A DNA stretch of 64,000 bases from Spirochaetia bacterium (GCA_965208575.1 CBDBOV010000006.1:608001-672000); one strand, 5' to 3'; shown: positions 1 through 10,110, counted from the first letter of the stretch. Numbers and translations are program-made. Notes: generated from the letters alone by a model not told the origin.

Positions 1-381
1 TGACTCGAACGGGATGATCATGGTGAACAAGATGCAGGAAAAGATAAACTCCTTGAACCGGAATCGAATCTTTTCGAACAGGTAGCCGGTAAACGAGGCC
101 AACAGCAGCTCCGCCACAACGATGATCACCGACACCAACAGCGTATTCCAGTAGAACAGGGCCATTGGCACAACCTCGAACACCCGGAAGTAGTTCTCGA
201 TAGTGAAATTCTGCGGGTACAGGGTCGGCGGCCACTCGAAGATCTCCGACATCGGCTTGAACGAGGTCGATACCATCCAGTAGAATGGCGCGATATAGAA
301 GATACCCGCTATTGACAGGACGGCGTACACAATTGAACGATAGATTCTAGTCTTGGTCCGGTAGCCGCCGATAGCAAACAT
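1..381 (-). CDS. Carbohydrate ABC transporter permease (MalG-type), 3' part runs off window
   Basis: Manual translation MFAIGGYRTK...APFYWMVSTSFKPMSEIFEWPPTLYPQNFTIENY...; follows MalF-type permease. Confidence 0.85.
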   Translation of the reverse strand, partial: MFAIGGYRTKTRIYRSIVYAVLSIAGIFYIAPFYWMVSTSFKPMSEIFEWPPTLYPQNFTIENYFRVFEVVPMALFYWNTLLVSVIIVVAELLLASFTGYLFEKIRFRFKEFIFSCILFTMIIPFES

Positions 382-399
382 CACATGCACCTTGGACCG

Positions 400-1332
400 C
401 TAGTAGCTGTAGTCGAATCGGTTAAAAAACCTCCGTTGGAAATACGTCAGCAGCAGCACGATTGCGGCAAGTATGAAGGCAAACGCCTGCCCCACACCGA
501 GACGGAAATCCAAGAAGGAAAGCTGGTATATCTGTAGTACGATGGTCAGCGTACTGTTCATCGGCCCGCCCTTGTGGATAACCCCGCTGCTCATCACGAA
601 CATCTGAGTGAATACCTTGAACGAACCCATTGTGTTGACAACAACGGCGAGCAATAGAATCGGCACCAGCAGCGGTATGGTTATCGACCTGGTTACCTGG
701 AAACCGGAGGCCCCGTCGACCCGCGCTGCTTCGTAGAAGTTCTCGGGTATGGCTTTCAACCCAGCCAGGAAGATGACCATGGAAAAACCCATCGCCCGCC
801 AGATGGTCATCACAATGATGGATCCAAGTGCATACTTGGGATCGGTGAGCCAACCGATCTTTGTGGTAGCCCCGAGTTTCTCGAATACAAAGTTCAAGAT
901 GCCGATATCGCGATTGTAGATCCACATCCACAGTTGTGAAATGGCAACCAGTGAAACCACCATCGGCATAAAGAATATCGTCCGATATACGACAGACCCG
1001 CGGGTCATACGATCAAGAAAAAGGGCGACCACGAGACCGATAAAGGTGCCGCCGGTGACCACACCGACCACGTAGACAAACGTATTAACCATGGCGCGCC
1101 AGTGGATCGGGTCGGTGAAAATCTCGACGTAGTTGTCAAGCCCGACGAACGTGAACGCTCCCGTCAACAGGTCATAGGCGTTGAAGCTCACGAACAGAGC
1201 AAAGAACACGGGATAGTAGTGGATGGCGAGGAAGAAGGCAAAGATTGGAACCAGGAACAGGTAGGCGCTTACTTCCTCGTGGTGCTTTCTGAACACGCCG
1301 CGGAGCTTGTTGGTAGCGCTCGCTGCAATCAT
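400..1332 (-). CDS. Carbohydrate ABC transporter permease (MalF-type)
   Basis: Hydrophobic ORF with EAA loop YEAARVDGAS. Confidence 0.92.
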   Translation of the reverse strand: MIAASATNKLRGVFRKHHEEVSAYLFLVPIFAFFLAIHYYPVFFALFVSFNAYDLLTGAFTFVGLDNYVEIFTDPIHWRAMVNTFVYVVGVVTGGTFIGLVVALFLDRMTRGSVVYRTIFFMPMVVSLVAISQLWMWIYNRDIGILNFVFEKLGATTKIGWLTDPKYALGSIIVMTIWRAMGFSMVIFLAGLKAIPENFYEAARVDGASGFQVTRSITIPLLVPILLLAVVVNTMGSFKVFTQMFVMSSGVIHKGGPMNSTLTIVLQIYQLSFLDFRLGVGQAFAFILAAIVLLLTYFQRRFFNRFDYSY

Positions 1333-1411
1333 GTCGGTCCTCCGTCAGGCAGGAACTGTCATGGAACAAACGTGGACTTCCCACAGAGTATGCGGGAAGC
1401 CCACGTCGAAA

Positions 1412-2746
1412 CTAATCGTCGAACGGAACCTTGATCTCTGAAATGTATCGGGTCTCGGTGATTTCTTCGTACGCCGCTACCATCCCGTCGAGAGCGTCAT
1501 CCAGCGACTTCGTCTTGCTCAGAAAGGCCTCGATCTCTCGACCGACCTGCGTGTAGTAGTCGGTCGCTCCGGTGCCTTGCATCCTGGACCTCAGATTTTT
1601 CTGTTGGGTCGCGATCTTCCACGGCTCTTCCGATTGGAACTTGGGCAGCATGGAGGCGCTCATGTAAGGCGGCAGAAGCGAAAAGCTGCCGATGTCGAAC
1701 AGCTCGGATATGTTCTCATCCTGGATAATATAGCCAAGGAAGCGCCATGCCTCATCCGGATTCTCGGAGTCCTTGTACACGGACACGGGCCGGACCGCGA
1801 GGATGGTCGAAGAATACTCGCCGGTTGGGATATTGTCGATGATCCAGTTCAGGTCCGGTGCATTATTCGATATCCGGGCGATGTCGTAGATGCCTTCGGC
1901 GGAAATGGCGTTCAGGCCCTGGTGGAAAGCCTCTCTCGGTTCACCCATTCGGAAATCTCCGGCCTTGTCGGTCCAGGTGACGTCATAGATAAACTGCAGC
2001 GCGTTGCCCCACGCCTCTCTGCCGTCCGGCGTCATAACATCGGCCGCCGAGTTGTCGTCGTTCAACCAGGTCCCGCCGGCACTATGCATCCACGCACCGA
2101 AGGCCCAGGCGGGATCCTGGATTCGGAACGTGAACCCAGCCCTGGTGATATTGCCGGAGGCATCGGTCTTGACCAGTTTCCTGGCGTATTCCCGAAGCTC
2201 GTCCCAAGTCTCTGCACCGCGCATCGGCAGGCCGGCTTCCTGCAGGTAGTCGGAGTTGTAGTAGAGTTGCTGCCAGTGTGTGAACAGGTTGATGATCATT
2301 ACCGGTTTGTCCAGATCGCCATCCTGGTGAGCCATCTTTCGAAACGTCGGGTGCAGCGAGTTTTCGTCCATGATCTTGGCAATGGGCTCTGGCGCCTCGT
2401 TGAAAAAGCCCGCCGACGCCAACGTCGAATTGTCGATGTCGTGGATCTGAATGATGTCGGGCACATCCTTCCCTGACCTGAGCACCAACCTGATCTTGGT
2501 GCCATAATCGCCCCACGACCCGGTTTGCCGTTCGATATTGATAGTCGTGTTCGGGTTCGCGATCATGTATTGTTCTGCCAGTCCGGTGACCCAATCGTGA
2601 AACGCCGGGGCGTCCTTGTGCCAATACAACAACGACTTTGGTTCGTCGGATGCGGCGCCCGCATCCTGCTCGCCGCTTGCCCAGATGGTCCCCGTTGCCA
2701 ACAGCAAGCCGACAACTGCCAAGCCTAAGATTCCAGTAAGCTTCAC
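1412..2746 (-). CDS. Carbohydrate ABC transporter substrate-binding protein
   Basis: Signal peptide ending WASGEQD, LYYNSD and TWDEL motifs of SBP_bac_1; AGGAG RBS. Confidence 0.9.
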   Translation of the reverse strand: MKLTGILGLAVVGLLLATGTIWASGEQDAGAASDEPKSLLYWHKDAPAFHDWVTGLAEQYMIANPNTTINIERQTGSWGDYGTKIRLVLRSGKDVPDIIQIHDIDNSTLASAGFFNEAPEPIAKIMDENSLHPTFRKMAHQDGDLDKPVMIINLFTHWQQLYYNSDYLQEAGLPMRGAETWDELREYARKLVKTDASGNITRAGFTFRIQDPAWAFGAWMHSAGGTWLNDDNSAADVMTPDGREAWGNALQFIYDVTWTDKAGDFRMGEPREAFHQGLNAISAEGIYDIARISNNAPDLNWIIDNIPTGEYSSTILAVRPVSVYKDSENPDEAWRFLGYIIQDENISELFDIGSFSLLPPYMSASMLPKFQSEEPWKIATQQKNLRSRMQGTGATDYYTQVGREIEAFLSKTKSLDDALDGMVAAYEEITETRYISEIKVPFDD

Positions 2747-2874
2747 TACTACTCCTTCTGTGAAAATGATATTTGGCGGACCGGCGGATCACCGATCCAC
2801 TCCGTTTCGAGTTCGAAACTCTCGATTGGTTCCTAACGCGTGGGTGTCGCGCTCTGGCCCTCCTTTCCCGAGTG

Positions 2875-2903
2875 ACTATGCGCGGGCCAACGGCCGGTGT
2901 CAA
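2875..2903 (-). promoter_or_regulatory. Sigma70-like promoter of sugar ABC operon
   Basis: TTGACA-17 nt-CATAGT on minus strand; palindrome GTTTCGAGTTCGAAAC at 2804-2819 in the leader may be an operator. Confidence 0.55.
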
Positions 2904-3017
2904 CCACGTCCGTGACGCAGTACGCGGTCGAGGCAGGCGACGCGCCGCTATTGCCGATGAGATGACCGACGGCACCATGCGGCGGACCGCCCAACCGGCG
3001 GCGCGGCGTCAGACCGT

Positions 3018-3076
3018 CTGAACATGTTCGGTAACGCGGTGAGGGACCTGCTGGACCCGAGGTCGCGCGGCGCTAG
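3018..3076 (+). pseudogene. Orphan 3' fragment of a DppC/OppC permease gene
   Basis: Translates LNMFGNAVRDLLDPRSRGA*, the conserved DppC C-terminus. Confidence 0.65.
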
Positions 3077-3537
3077 ACGAGCTTGAATACCGGCACCGTG
3101 CCGCTTCCGTCGGCGAGCGTCTCGAACGCCACCTCTACCTTGCGACCGACCTCGATCTGATCGGCGTCGGCGTCGGCGTCGAGGTCGACGATGTTGGACT
3201 GCAGGCGCACGCCTTCCGCCAGATCGATCTGCGCCACGACCAGCGGCAGCCGTCCCTGGTGTCGCGGGTGGTACGGTCGGTGCAGCACGGCGTAGCTGAA
3301 GATCGTGCCGCGGCCGGAGGCGTCACGCCACTGCATCGCGCTTGAGCCGCACGCCTGGCAGCGCGTACGCAACGGAAACGCCCACGTGCCGCATGCGCGG
3401 CAGCGCTGGAGCCGGAGCTTGCCCTCGCGCGCGGCAGCGAAAAACGGTGCCGCCCCTACCGCCGCCGCCGATGCGCCCGGCGTCGACACGGCCGCCGTCT
3501 CCGCGGCAGCCACCGGCAACCAGGCTGCTTCGGTCAT
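3073..3537 (-). CDS. DUF35 Zn-ribbon/OB-fold protein (ChsH2-like thiolase partner)
   Basis: CxxC...CxxC, ASGRGTIFSY, OB fold; ATG overlaps thiolase stop (ATGA). Confidence 0.88.
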   Translation of the reverse strand: MTEAAWLPVAAAETAAVSTPGASAAAVGAAPFFAAAREGKLRLQRCRACGTWAFPLRTRCQACGSSAMQWRDASGRGTIFSYAVLHRPYHPRHQGRLPLVVAQIDLAEGVRLQSNIVDLDADADADQIEVGRKVEVAFETLADGSGTVPVFKLV

Positions 3538-4739
3538 GCCTTCGCCTCCGGCGACAGCAGCAACGTCGAATGATGCTGCAGCGTGCCGCCGTTGCCGCTC
3601 ACCAGAATGAGCTGGTTGGCCGCTTGCCGCCGGCCACCCTGTCCGCGGCCTTGAATGATCGCCTCCGAGATCGGCGTCATCCCCCACATGTAGTAGGAGG
3701 AAAGCTGCCCCCCGCCGGTGTTGGTCGGCAGTGAACCGCCGCGCCCGATGGCCCCCGACGCGGCGAACGGGCCGCCTTCGCCCTTGGTACAGAAGCCGTA
3801 ATCTTCGAGGGTGGTAATGACCGTATAGGTGTAGCAGTCATAGAGCTGGCACTGGCTCACGTCGGCGAGTTGCGCGCCGGCCATCGCCAGCGCTTTCGGG
3901 CCCGACCGCCTGGCCGGCGACTCGGTCAGCGGATCGAAGCGCGCCCAACCCACGTCGTGGTGGTGAGCTTGGGCGAACCCACGGATGTAGACCGGTGGCT
4001 GGGCGCCATCCCGGGCCCGCTCGGCGGACGTCACGATTACCGCTACGCCGCCGTTGGAGACCAGGCAGCAATCCAGCACGTGAAAGGGTTCGACCACCCA
4101 CGGCGATGCGTGGTAGCCGTCCAGATCCAACGGCTCGCGCTTGGTTGCACGTTCGTTGAACGCGGCCCACTTGCGTTGCGCGATGGCGACCTGCCCGAGC
4201 TGATCCTGCGTGGTGCCGTACAGGTCCATGTGGCGGCGGGCGCCCGACGCATAGGCGGGAATCGGGCCGGCCCAGCCGTACATCTGCCGCAAGCTGTCGA
4301 GTGCCGACATCGGCCGCCCGCCCGCATACGCGGCCCCGGCGCGCTGCCCTTCCTGCAACGGGTCGTCGGCGAACACGCAGCAGACGACATTCGCCAGCCC
4401 GGCGTGCACCGCCATCGCCGCGTACTGGACCATCTGACCGGCGCTCGATCCGTAGCCCTGCATGAAGGTCAGCAGGTCGAGCTCCCGCAGCCCGAGCGCC
4501 CGCTGCAACGACACATCGATGCCACGCGTCACTCCCGCGTTGATGAGCAAGCCATCGAGCTGCGACTTGTCGAGCCCGGCATCCTCCAGCGCCAGGTAAA
4601 CCGCCTCGACCGCGAAGTCCTCCGCGCTCCGATAGACCCGCCCCATCTCGGTCATGCCGAGCCCGCACACGGCGGTCGCGCCTTGCAGTGGATGTGATGT
4701 CGACCCGCTCACGCCCACCCAGTATAGCCTACCGGCCAC
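3534..4739 (-). CDS. SCP2/Ltp2-like thiolase-family protein (start probably near 4712-4718)
   Basis: LDCCLVSNGG, QLYDCYT, NTGGGQLS motifs; coupled to DUF35 gene. Confidence 0.88.
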   Translation of the reverse strand: MAGRLYWVGVSGSTSHPLQGATAVCGLGMTEMGRVYRSAEDFAVEAVYLALEDAGLDKSQLDGLLINAGVTRGIDVSLQRALGLRELDLLTFMQGYGSSAGQMVQYAAMAVHAGLANVVCCVFADDPLQEGQRAGAAYAGGRPMSALDSLRQMYGWAGPIPAYASGARRHMDLYGTTQDQLGQVAIAQRKWAAFNERATKREPLDLDGYHASPWVVEPFHVLDCCLVSNGGVAVIVTSAERARDGAQPPVYIRGFAQAHHHDVGWARFDPLTESPARRSGPKALAMAGAQLADVSQCQLYDCYTYTVITTLEDYGFCTKGEGGPFAASGAIGRGGSLPTNTGGGQLSSYYMWGMTPISEAIIQGRGQGGRRQAANQLILVSGNGGTLQHHSTLLLSPEAKA

Positions 4740-4868
4740 CGAAGTTCAGGCTGGTCCCTCTCTGGGCCCGCAGTTTCAGACCAGGTCGCTGACTCTGCGG
4801 ATGGGCGAATAGAAACCGATCTCCACCATCCGGGCGAGCAGCGCATCAGCTTCGTCGGCGGAAACGAT

Positions 4869-6122
4869 CAGGGCAATCGACTGAGTGGATTTACTCAGGT
4901 CGTGAGCAGCGAGTAGAGAAAGTCCTCATTCCAGGCAGCGATGTGACGACTGGCGCGCATGCTGTGTTTGCCCTTGCCGCGCCGCAGGAGATTGCTGGCC
5001 ATGTGCTTGATGGTGGCGAAGTTCGCCGGCGCGTGCCCGCTCCGTATGCGGCACTCGTCATCGCGGAACACCATGTCCATCACCCAGTGCAGCCCATTCT
5101 CGACGCCCCAGTGGCTGCGTATCGCGTGGCCGATCTGCTCGGCATCCGCCGGCAACGAGCTGATGTAGTAGCGCGTCTCGGTTTCGACCTTGTCCTCGAC
5201 CAATAGTTCACGCCGGCTCTCCACCTTCACGATGCTGCGCAGCCCCGGCCAGCGGTGGTCCTGCTGCAGCCACGCGATGTCCTCGGTCGCTACCACCCGC
5301 CGCGTCTCCAGACGTCCGTGGCCCTTGTCACTACTCTCATGTACCGTGACTTGGTGCCCGGCGAAGCCATCCTGTCGTTCGTCGAAGAACAACGCCACAT
5401 CCTTATGCAGCGTCCCCTGATTTCCTTTCAGACCCAATACATAGTCTGCTTTCTGCTCGATGATCCGGGCACCGATCTCGCGCTGGCAGCCCATCGCGTC
5501 GATGGTCACCACCGCGCCGTGCAACTCCAGCAACCGCAACAGCTCCGGGATCGCCGGGATCTCGTTCGACTTGTCCGCCACCTTGCACTGGCCCAGCACC
5601 AGCCGCTGCTGGCTACTCCACGCCGAGATCATATGGATCGGTCCCTGCTCGGCAGCGCGATCAAGCGAGCGCCGCAGCGTCTTGCCATCTACCGCCACCA
5701 CTCCACGCACCGCCGCCGTAAACCGCTCCACCCAGGCGATGAAACAACTCTGGAACTGCTGCGCGTCCAGCCGCGCGAACACGTTCCCCAGTTGGTCATG
5801 CGATGGGACCCCATGGGCGAATGGCAAGAAGCGGCGCAGAAACTTCAGCTTCTGCTGGCCATACAGCGCCACCTCGACCCAGCTATCGGCACCGCCGAGC
5901 ACTGCGCACAGGCACAGCAACAGGATCTCCGGCAGCGGATAGAGCACCTTCGCCTGCTGGCGCGGGTCGTCGAGAGCGTCGAAACTGCCTAAGAATTCGA
6001 CATCACCACCACTGTCATCGTTCATCAGAATGCCCCTCCCAGAGCTATTTCCTAGCTCCTTCAGTACATACTGATCACCGCCTGTCTGTCACCCTACCCA
6101 AAATATTCGGTCGATTGCCCTG
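4869..6122 (-). mobile_element. Complete ISAs1-family insertion sequence
   Basis: IRs CAGGGCAATCGACTGA / CAGGGCAATCGACCGA; perfect 10-bp TSD CGGAAACGAT at 4859-4868 and 6123-6132. Confidence 0.95.
4895..6025 (-). CDS. ISAs1 family transposase
   Basis: DDPR, VAVDGKTLR, TIDAMGCQ, KGNQ, RSHWGVENGLHW motifs. Confidence 0.96.
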   Translation of the reverse strand: MNDDSGGDVEFLGSFDALDDPRQQAKVLYPLPEILLLCLCAVLGGADSWVEVALYGQQKLKFLRRFLPFAHGVPSHDQLGNVFARLDAQQFQSCFIAWVERFTAAVRGVVAVDGKTLRRSLDRAAEQGPIHMISAWSSQQRLVLGQCKVADKSNEIPAIPELLRLLELHGAVVTIDAMGCQREIGARIIEQKADYVLGLKGNQGTLHKDVALFFDERQDGFAGHQVTVHESSDKGHGRLETRRVVATEDIAWLQQDHRWPGLRSIVKVESRRELLVEDKVETETRYYISSLPADAEQIGHAIRSHWGVENGLHWVMDMVFRDDECRIRSGHAPANFATIKHMASNLLRRGKGKHSMRASRHIAAWNEDFLYSLLTT

Positions 6123-6450
6123 CGGAAACGATGCGATCGGTTGCCAGCGAAGTTAGCCAGCGTTACGGTATCGAAGAAGAATCGCCTCGAAGGCCGATCA
6201 GGCACTCAGATGATCGTCAGCCGACATCGCAGTGTACTGGTCGATGCCGTGCTCGGAGAGCCAGCTGCCCAGGCTGCCCGCGGGGCAGCCGGCACACACA
6301 ACGCACAGAGACCACCATAGACCACGCCTTCGGTCCTTCGGAGGTGAGGCCGCGCACTCGCGCCGCGCACGGGCGGCCGCTATCCTCGCCGCCGATGGAC
6401 GACCAGATCGTGCTGCCCTCGCCGCGGCGGCCCAACGTTCAAGCTGCAGT

Positions 6451-6654
6451 CTATCGGAACACGAGCTTCTTGCCGTTGGCGGCGCACTCCCGCAGATAGA
6501 GGTTGATCAGTGTCTGGTAGGGAATGCGGCTGTCCGCTGCCAGTGCCTTGAAATACTCCAGCGTATCCAGGTCCAGCCGGATCGTAACCTGTCTCTTGAG
6601 ATGCTTCGCATAGGGATTGCGTTTCGCCTTCGAGAAGTCGTAGTTGGCTCTCAT
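6451..6654 (-). CDS. brnA: BrnA-family antitoxin
   Basis: YDFSKAKRNPY, VTIRLD, PYQTLINLYL; overlaps brnT stop. Confidence 0.88.
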   Translation of the reverse strand: MRANYDFSKAKRNPYAKHLKRQVTIRLDLDTLEYFKALAADSRIPYQTLINLYLRECAANGKKLVFR

Positions 6655-6947
6655 CGCGCCCACCTGCGCTCATATTCGGCGCGTTCCATGCGGTTGGCCC
6701 TGCGTGCCGAGAAGATCCGAATGACCTCGTCATCCTCACGATAGCAGTGGCACACCACCAGGGTTCGAAGCGACAAGCTCATTCCGACGAGCACGAACCG
6801 ATCCTCGTCCTCAGAGTGATCCGGATCACTGATGAGCAGAGCACGCTCGTCGTAGAACACGGTCTGGGCCTCCTCGAATGAGACCCCATGCTTGCGGCTG
6901 TTCTCGGTACGCTTGTTCTTGTCCCACTGAAAACGTATCTCGGCCAC
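6651..6947 (-). CDS. brnT: BrnT-family toxin
   Basis: FQWDKNK, KHGVSFEEA, EDR, IRIFSARRA. Confidence 0.92.
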   Translation of the reverse strand: MAEIRFQWDKNKRTENSRKHGVSFEEAQTVFYDERALLISDPDHSEDEDRFVLVGMSLSLRTLVVCHCYREDDEVIRIFSARRANRMERAEYERRWAR

Positions 6948-6955
6948 ACGAGTGC

Positions 6956-6985
6956 ACAATAACTACACCGTAGTGAAAGTGTCAA
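6956..6985 (-). promoter_or_regulatory. brnTA promoter with palindromic operator
   Basis: TTGACA-18-TATTGT with ACTAC-N3-GTAGT palindrome in the spacer. Confidence 0.55.
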
Positions 6986-7175
6986 TGCCGACAACCTGTC
7001 GGGCCTGCCGACCCTCTGGGAACAGGAATCAATGGGCGGCAGCCACGGCCAGTTCGCCAAGCGCTCGCCGCACGAGGAGTCGATCCGGCCTCGCCGCTCG
7101 CGGCCGGGAGCCGTAGTGCTGGGTGGTACGGTCGCCAAGCCGGGGTCAGTGGTTGGACGAAGCGATCTCGGCGAC

Positions 7176-7529
7176 CTACTGGGTAGGCATACCCCGGTGA
7201 TCGAAGATCGTGACGAGGCGAGCAAGCACGTCGTCCATGATCTGCTCGGGAACGGCCTCGACGCGCCTCCCGTTGCGGGCACCGACATCGAGCGCGCGGG
7301 GCTGGTCGCAACGGATCACCCCGGTGGTTCGGGTGCCGGCAACCTGGAGAGACACGGCGAATCCACGCCTGCGGGCAAAGCTCCCGCCCCGGGTAATCGG
7401 CACCACTACCGGTGTCGCGGTAAGCTTGTTGAACGGCGCTGGCGAAACGATCAGCACCGGACGGACGCCCTGTTGTTCATGTCCGGCAGTCGGATCGAGA
7501 CTGACCAGCCAGATTTCGCCCCGCTCCAC
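7176..7529 (-). CDS. pemK: PemK/MazF-family toxin
   Basis: MERGEIWLVSLDPTAGHEQQGVRPVLIVS...CDQPRALD. Confidence 0.93.
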   Translation of the reverse strand: MERGEIWLVSLDPTAGHEQQGVRPVLIVSPAPFNKLTATPVVVPITRGGSFARRRGFAVSLQVAGTRTTGVIRCDQPRALDVGARNGRRVEAVPEQIMDDVLARLVTIFDHRGMPTQ

Positions 7530-7793
7530 CTATAGCAGCTCTTTACCGACCGGCTTCGCATCCATCCAGGCGCGGTCTTCCGCCGACGGGCTCTCGGCGT
7601 CCTCGCACTGTGCCAACAGCTCATCGAGCGAATACCGGGGCCGTGTCCTCGGCTGAACGACCAGTCGCCCGTTCTGGACGTCAATGTCCACCTTGGCCCC
7701 CACCCCAAGCTCCAGGAGTTCGAGGAGCGCCGGGGGTACCGCGAGCATGATGGAACCGCCGACTCTGCGCAGGTTTGTCGTATGCATAGCCAT
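7530..7793 (-). CDS. pemI: PemI/MazE (AbrB-type) antitoxin
   Basis: MHTTNLRRVGGSIMLAVPPALL...YSLDELLAQC. Confidence 0.92.
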   Translation of the reverse strand: MAMHTTNLRRVGGSIMLAVPPALLELLELGVGAKVDIDVQNGRLVVQPRTRPRYSLDELLAQCEDAESPSAEDRAWMDAKPVGKELL

Positions 7794-7797
7794 CTCT

Positions 7798-7815
7798 ATT
7801 ATACACAAGTATAAC
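7798..7815 (-). promoter_or_regulatory. pemIK operator/-10
   Basis: Inverted repeat TTATAC-ACAA-GTATAA overlapping TATAAT. Confidence 0.6.
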
Positions 7816-7961
7816 CACGTCCAGGAGGTTGCGCGGCGCAAGATCCGCAAGATCCGGGCGCCCCAGCTCAGTGGGTGCCCGGCGAAGCGAGGGATCCGAC
7901 CGGCCAGGGGATGCCGCCGGCGACGCCGCGTGGCTCAGGCCGACCCTTTGAGAGCGGCGAC

Positions 7962-8160
7962 TTCCTCGGCTTCGGTCTGTCGCCCGAGATACCGAGCTGG
8001 GGCTCGCTGCTGAGCCGGGACGGTCGCAAGTACATGGAGCAGGCGCCGTGGCTGGCGCTCTGGCCCGGTCTCTGCCTGACGCTCACCGTGTACAGCCTCA
8101 CATGTTCGGCGACGCGGTGCGGGATCTGCTCGACCCGCGGCTGCGCGGTGCGGGGGGCCG
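7962..8160 (+). pseudogene. Second orphan DppC 3' fragment (frameshifted)
   Basis: FLGFGLSPEIPSWGSLLSRDGRKYMEQAPWLALWPG...then MFGDAVRDLLDPRLRG in shifted frame. Confidence 0.75.
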
Positions 8161-8337
8161 CCTCGGTGGTGCTGCCGCCAGGTCGGCCACGTAACCCGCC
8201 GAACTCCACCACTTCGGCGGCGAAGTCGGCGGCGTGCGTGGGGTTGGCCGGCGTCGATGCCGCTGGCTCCGCTAACTGAAGCGCGGGCGACCTGCGGCGA
8301 GACGCTCGGCAGGCAGGATCCGGGCGGTCGGGCCGGG

Positions 8338-9036
8338 CTATGCTGCGCGGCGGTAGATCCAGGCGTCCCAGGCCAGGGTGTGGGCGGCGAAGATGCGGCG
8401 GAATCCGCCGCCGGCGATGGCCGCGGCGGCGCGGTTCCAGTCGTGGTAGAAGGGGTGGAAGGAGCTGCGCAGCAGCTTGAACACGGCGATGGCGACGCGC
8501 CAGGCGGCTGCCACCAGCCAGTGGGAGCGCGGCACGACCACCGCGTAGAGGCGCTCGGTGCGTTGCAGCGATACCGCCAGCAGGGGGTGGAGGTCGGGGT
8601 AGCAGCACAGCACCTTGTCCAGCACCACCAGATGCGCGGGAGCCAGCTCCGCGGCGCGCTGCACGGCGTCGCCGACCAGGAAGGCGGTCCGCTCGCCAAG
8701 CCCTTCGCGTTCCGCCGCTGCCTGCGCTTCGGCGATCATGCCGGCGGCCACGTCGATGCCGACGGCGCCGGCCGCACCGGCGGCGAGCACGCGGCGCTGC
8801 AGCTCGCCAGTGCCGCAGCCGATCTCCAGCACCGAGACGCCGCCGACGCCGGCCGCCTTCAGCCCGTCGAGCAGCTTGCGCTGCACCGCATCGAGCCCGC
8901 GGCGGCGGTAGCGGCGCGCCAGGCGCGTTGCCTCGCGCGAGAAGAAGCGGTCGGTGCCGGGACAGGGGCCGCCGCGCGAACGCTGCGAACGCCCCGCTCC
9001 TCCGGCCCCGCCGCCAGTAGAGCAGCAGCAGGCCAT
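8338..9036 (-). CDS. Class I SAM-dependent methyltransferase
   Basis: VLEIGCGTG, GIDV, VLDKVLCCYPD. Confidence 0.85.
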   Translation of the reverse strand: MACCCSTGGGAGGAGRSQRSRGGPCPGTDRFFSREATRLARRYRRRGLDAVQRKLLDGLKAAGVGGVSVLEIGCGTGELQRRVLAAGAAGAVGIDVAAGMIAEAQAAAEREGLGERTAFLVGDAVQRAAELAPAHLVVLDKVLCCYPDLHPLLAVSLQRTERLYAVVVPRSHWLVAAAWRVAIAVFKLLRSSFHPFYHDWNRAAAAIAGGGFRRIFAAHTLAWDAWIYRRAA

Positions 9037-9092
9037 GCGCCCATTATGCTGCGCCGGAGCGGCCGGCGGAAGACCGGCTCGTCAGGCGGGAG

Positions 9093-9893
9093 TCAGGCGG
9101 GGGTTTCCGGGAGCATCAGGCCGAAGCCGGCGCCCTGCGGGTCGCGCACGAAGGCGACGCGCCCCACCGTGGCGATGTCGGTCGGCGGCATGTTCACGGC
9201 GCCGCCGGCCGCGGTCACGGCGGCCACCGTGGCATCGACATCGGCGACCTGGAAGTAGACGCTCCAGTGCGGCGGGACCTGCATCTCGAGCAGCTCGTCG
9301 GGCAGCGCCATGAGACCGAATGCCGGCATACCCTCCGCCATCAGCGCCGTGTATTCGACGCCGTGCTCCATGGTCTGACGTGCGCTCTGCACGCCGAGCA
9401 GATCGGTGTAAAACGCCGTCGCGGTATCCGGATCGGTGGTCATCACCTCGCACCACACCATGGCGCCGGGCTCGTACTTCACGCCGGCCCCGACGTGGTT
9501 GCGCGGCTGCCACAGCGCCACGGCCGCACCGGTGGGGTCGCTGAGCACGGCCATGCGGCCCGACTCGAACACGTCGAACGGTTCCATCATCAGCTTCCCG
9601 CCGAGTTCGCTGACCCGCCCCGCGGTCGCGTCCACATCGTCGACGGCGAGGTGAATACTCCAGTGCGGGGGAATGCCCATCTGCCGCTGCTCTTCCTGCT
9701 GCGTGTAGATGGCCGCGGCGAAGGAGCCTTCGAGACTCGCCATGCTGTAAAGCTGCTGGCCCGCCTCGTCCATCGGCATGTCCTCGTAGCTCCAGTCGAA
9801 CAGCTCACCGTAGAGCGACTTGGCCGCCGCCTGGTCGGTTGTGGCCAGGTCGACCCAGCAGGGCGCGCCCGGCGCATGTCGTTCGATCTTCAT
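9093..9893 (-). CDS. Two-domain VOC/glyoxalase family protein
   Basis: PCWVDL, DVDAT, DPTGA / DPQGA repeated domains. Confidence 0.9.
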   Translation of the reverse strand: MKIERHAPGAPCWVDLATTDQAAAKSLYGELFDWSYEDMPMDEAGQQLYSMASLEGSFAAAIYTQQEEQRQMGIPPHWSIHLAVDDVDATAGRVSELGGKLMMEPFDVFESGRMAVLSDPTGAAVALWQPRNHVGAGVKYEPGAMVWCEVMTTDPDTATAFYTDLLGVQSARQTMEHGVEYTALMAEGMPAFGLMALPDELLEMQVPPHWSVYFQVADVDATVAAVTAAGGAVNMPPTDIATVGRVAFVRDPQGAGFGLMLPETPA

Positions 9894-10042
9894 CGTTTGT
9901 CCACCTTTGCGGGAGCCTGTGTAGTCGGGGGCGCCATCGACGCCCGCCGGCGGCCGCTTCGGCTATGCCGTCTGCGGCCGGGCTCCGCTATCGCCGCAAG
10001 GTACTCACGCCGGCGCGGCGTGTCGATAGCATCACCAGGCCA

Positions 10043-10110
10043 ATGTCAGGCAAGCCCGGGTTCGAGGCCGCCGGCGCCGGCAAGATCTTCCACCACACCG
10101 ACTCGCCGCG
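10043..10110 (+). pseudogene. Possible sulfatase gene fragment
   Basis: GFEAAGAGKIFHH resembles the sulfatase GK(W/I)H region. Confidence 0.3.

Larger units (their letters stand above)
4776..6290 (-). pseudogene. Degraded PIN-toxin (DUF3368-like) gene plus antitoxin 3' end, split by ISAs1
   Basis: VPDRPSRRFFFDTVTLANFA from 6205; DRIVS|ADEADALLARMVEIGFYSPIRRVSDLV* rejoins across the IS; upstream SWLSEHGIDQYTAMSADDHLSA* overlaps its GTG. Confidence 0.5.

Noticed and set aside
6200-7900. Integron cassette array of TA modules
   Set aside because: No intI and no convincing RYYYAAC...GTTRRRY attC structures found by eye
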